Below, piece by piece: positions 63,093 through 64,000 of a stretch of 64,000 nucleotides of DNA. Source of the DNA: Phoronis australis (Eukaryota; Animalia; Phoronida); NCBI GenBank assembly GCA_002633005.1, contig NMRA01000254.1, positions 89,959 through 153,958 of the forward strand, given 5' to 3'. The translations under genes and the position numbers were made by a program. Position 1 is the first letter of the stretch. Each line of letters begins with the position of its first letter. Under the pieces are notes generated by a model. That model had not been told where the DNA came from. It saw only the letters and a list, made by a program, of their open reading frames with translations, and ran no database searches.

Positions 63093-63716
63093 GGTTATTT
63101 CAAACCTTATTTAGTGGCCTCTATTCTAACTCGTATATCAAAAAACTAAGCTTTGTCAACTAGTAAAAGTATATATTTTCTGAAAGAACAAAGACCAGGA
63201 AATATAAATATACTTTTTGTATTTATTTGTTGTTATTATTTTTACGTAAAAACCTTTTTAAGTAAAAATTTCATTTTTAAGAAAGGTACATTCATAGCAA
63301 AATAACTCCTAGGTCGATTTTAACGAAACCTTTTAAATGAAAACTTTATCAATTACCTCAAAAACGCTGTTAGGAATTTTCGATTAGTTTGTTCGTGTGG
63401 TTTCTATGACAAATAAACTCGCAAAACGTAAGGTATTTTTGTAAAAAATTGAAGTCGTATTCGTCTTTGCCACATTACACAAAAACTAAGCTTTTATATC
63501 AAAAATCCTAACAGCGTTTTTGAGATTGGTGACTAAATATTAAGTTTGGAAAGTTTCAGCGAAATCCATCGAGTCATTTTCGAGAACTCGTGTTCTTAAG
63601 TTCAAATAAAGTCGATTTGCCGAAGCCGAGAAAAAGCCGATTAAACTGGGACACGTGAAAATCTCTAAGTCTTTGGTTAATTATTCTGTGAAAACTTGTT
63701 TTCGGTTTACATAACC
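63093..63716. mobile_element. Non-autonomous TIR element (GGTTAT termini, internal inverted repeats)
   Basis: ttaa|GGTTATTTCAAACC ... GGTTTACATAACC|tata. Internal inverted repeat ctcaaaaacgctgttagga / tcctaacagcgtttttgag. Confidence 0.7.
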
Positions 63717-64000
63717 TATAGAATCCTTAACTATGTCACCTAATCCAATGTTTTCTTGCAATGTCAACTAATTTTGCAGTGCGTAACTAACTTAAATATC
63801 ATTAAAACCTCAAATAGACCTATCTTTCGCAGCCAACTTCTGCCGTTTTGTACGACCTACTTAGAAAAGTAGGTCACAGTTCATAGCCTGTACACGTCAC
63901 GTGCTGGGAGACTGATACCAAACCAAGTAAGAAATGGATAACAAAAATTGAATTGGTGGTTAAAGTAAGTCGTTAACATGAAATCGAAACATCGAAATGT

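Overview
Metazoan (invertebrate-like, AT-rich, intron-rich) genomic DNA, not prokaryotic. About 58 kb belongs to one + strand spectraplakin gene (MACF1/dystonin/Drosophila short stop family). I traced 44 phase-consistent GT-AG exons by hand from 4055 to the stop at 57832 (9942 nt, 3313 aa; 5' end unresolved). Domain order is a divergent partial plakin domain with SH3, plectin repeats, about 17 spectrin repeats, an EF-hand pair, a GAR/GAS2 domain and a Ser-rich tail, followed by a ~1.7 kb 3' UTR. Introns and flanks hold decayed mobile elements: two Kolobok-type THAP relics, TTAA-associated non-autonomous elements, a Penelope-like element with a hammerhead ribozyme core, an RNase H LINE fragment, an L2-like fragment, MITEs and minisatellites. 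A 1.4 kb two-exon duplication joined by a single N is probably an assembly artefact. A probable terminal exon of a convergent gene lies at 62715-62911 (-). I found no convincing wholly new system. The best leads are the compact spectraplakin lacking SxIP motifs, candidate regulated micro/cassette exons, a 3' UTR hairpin and the ribozyme.
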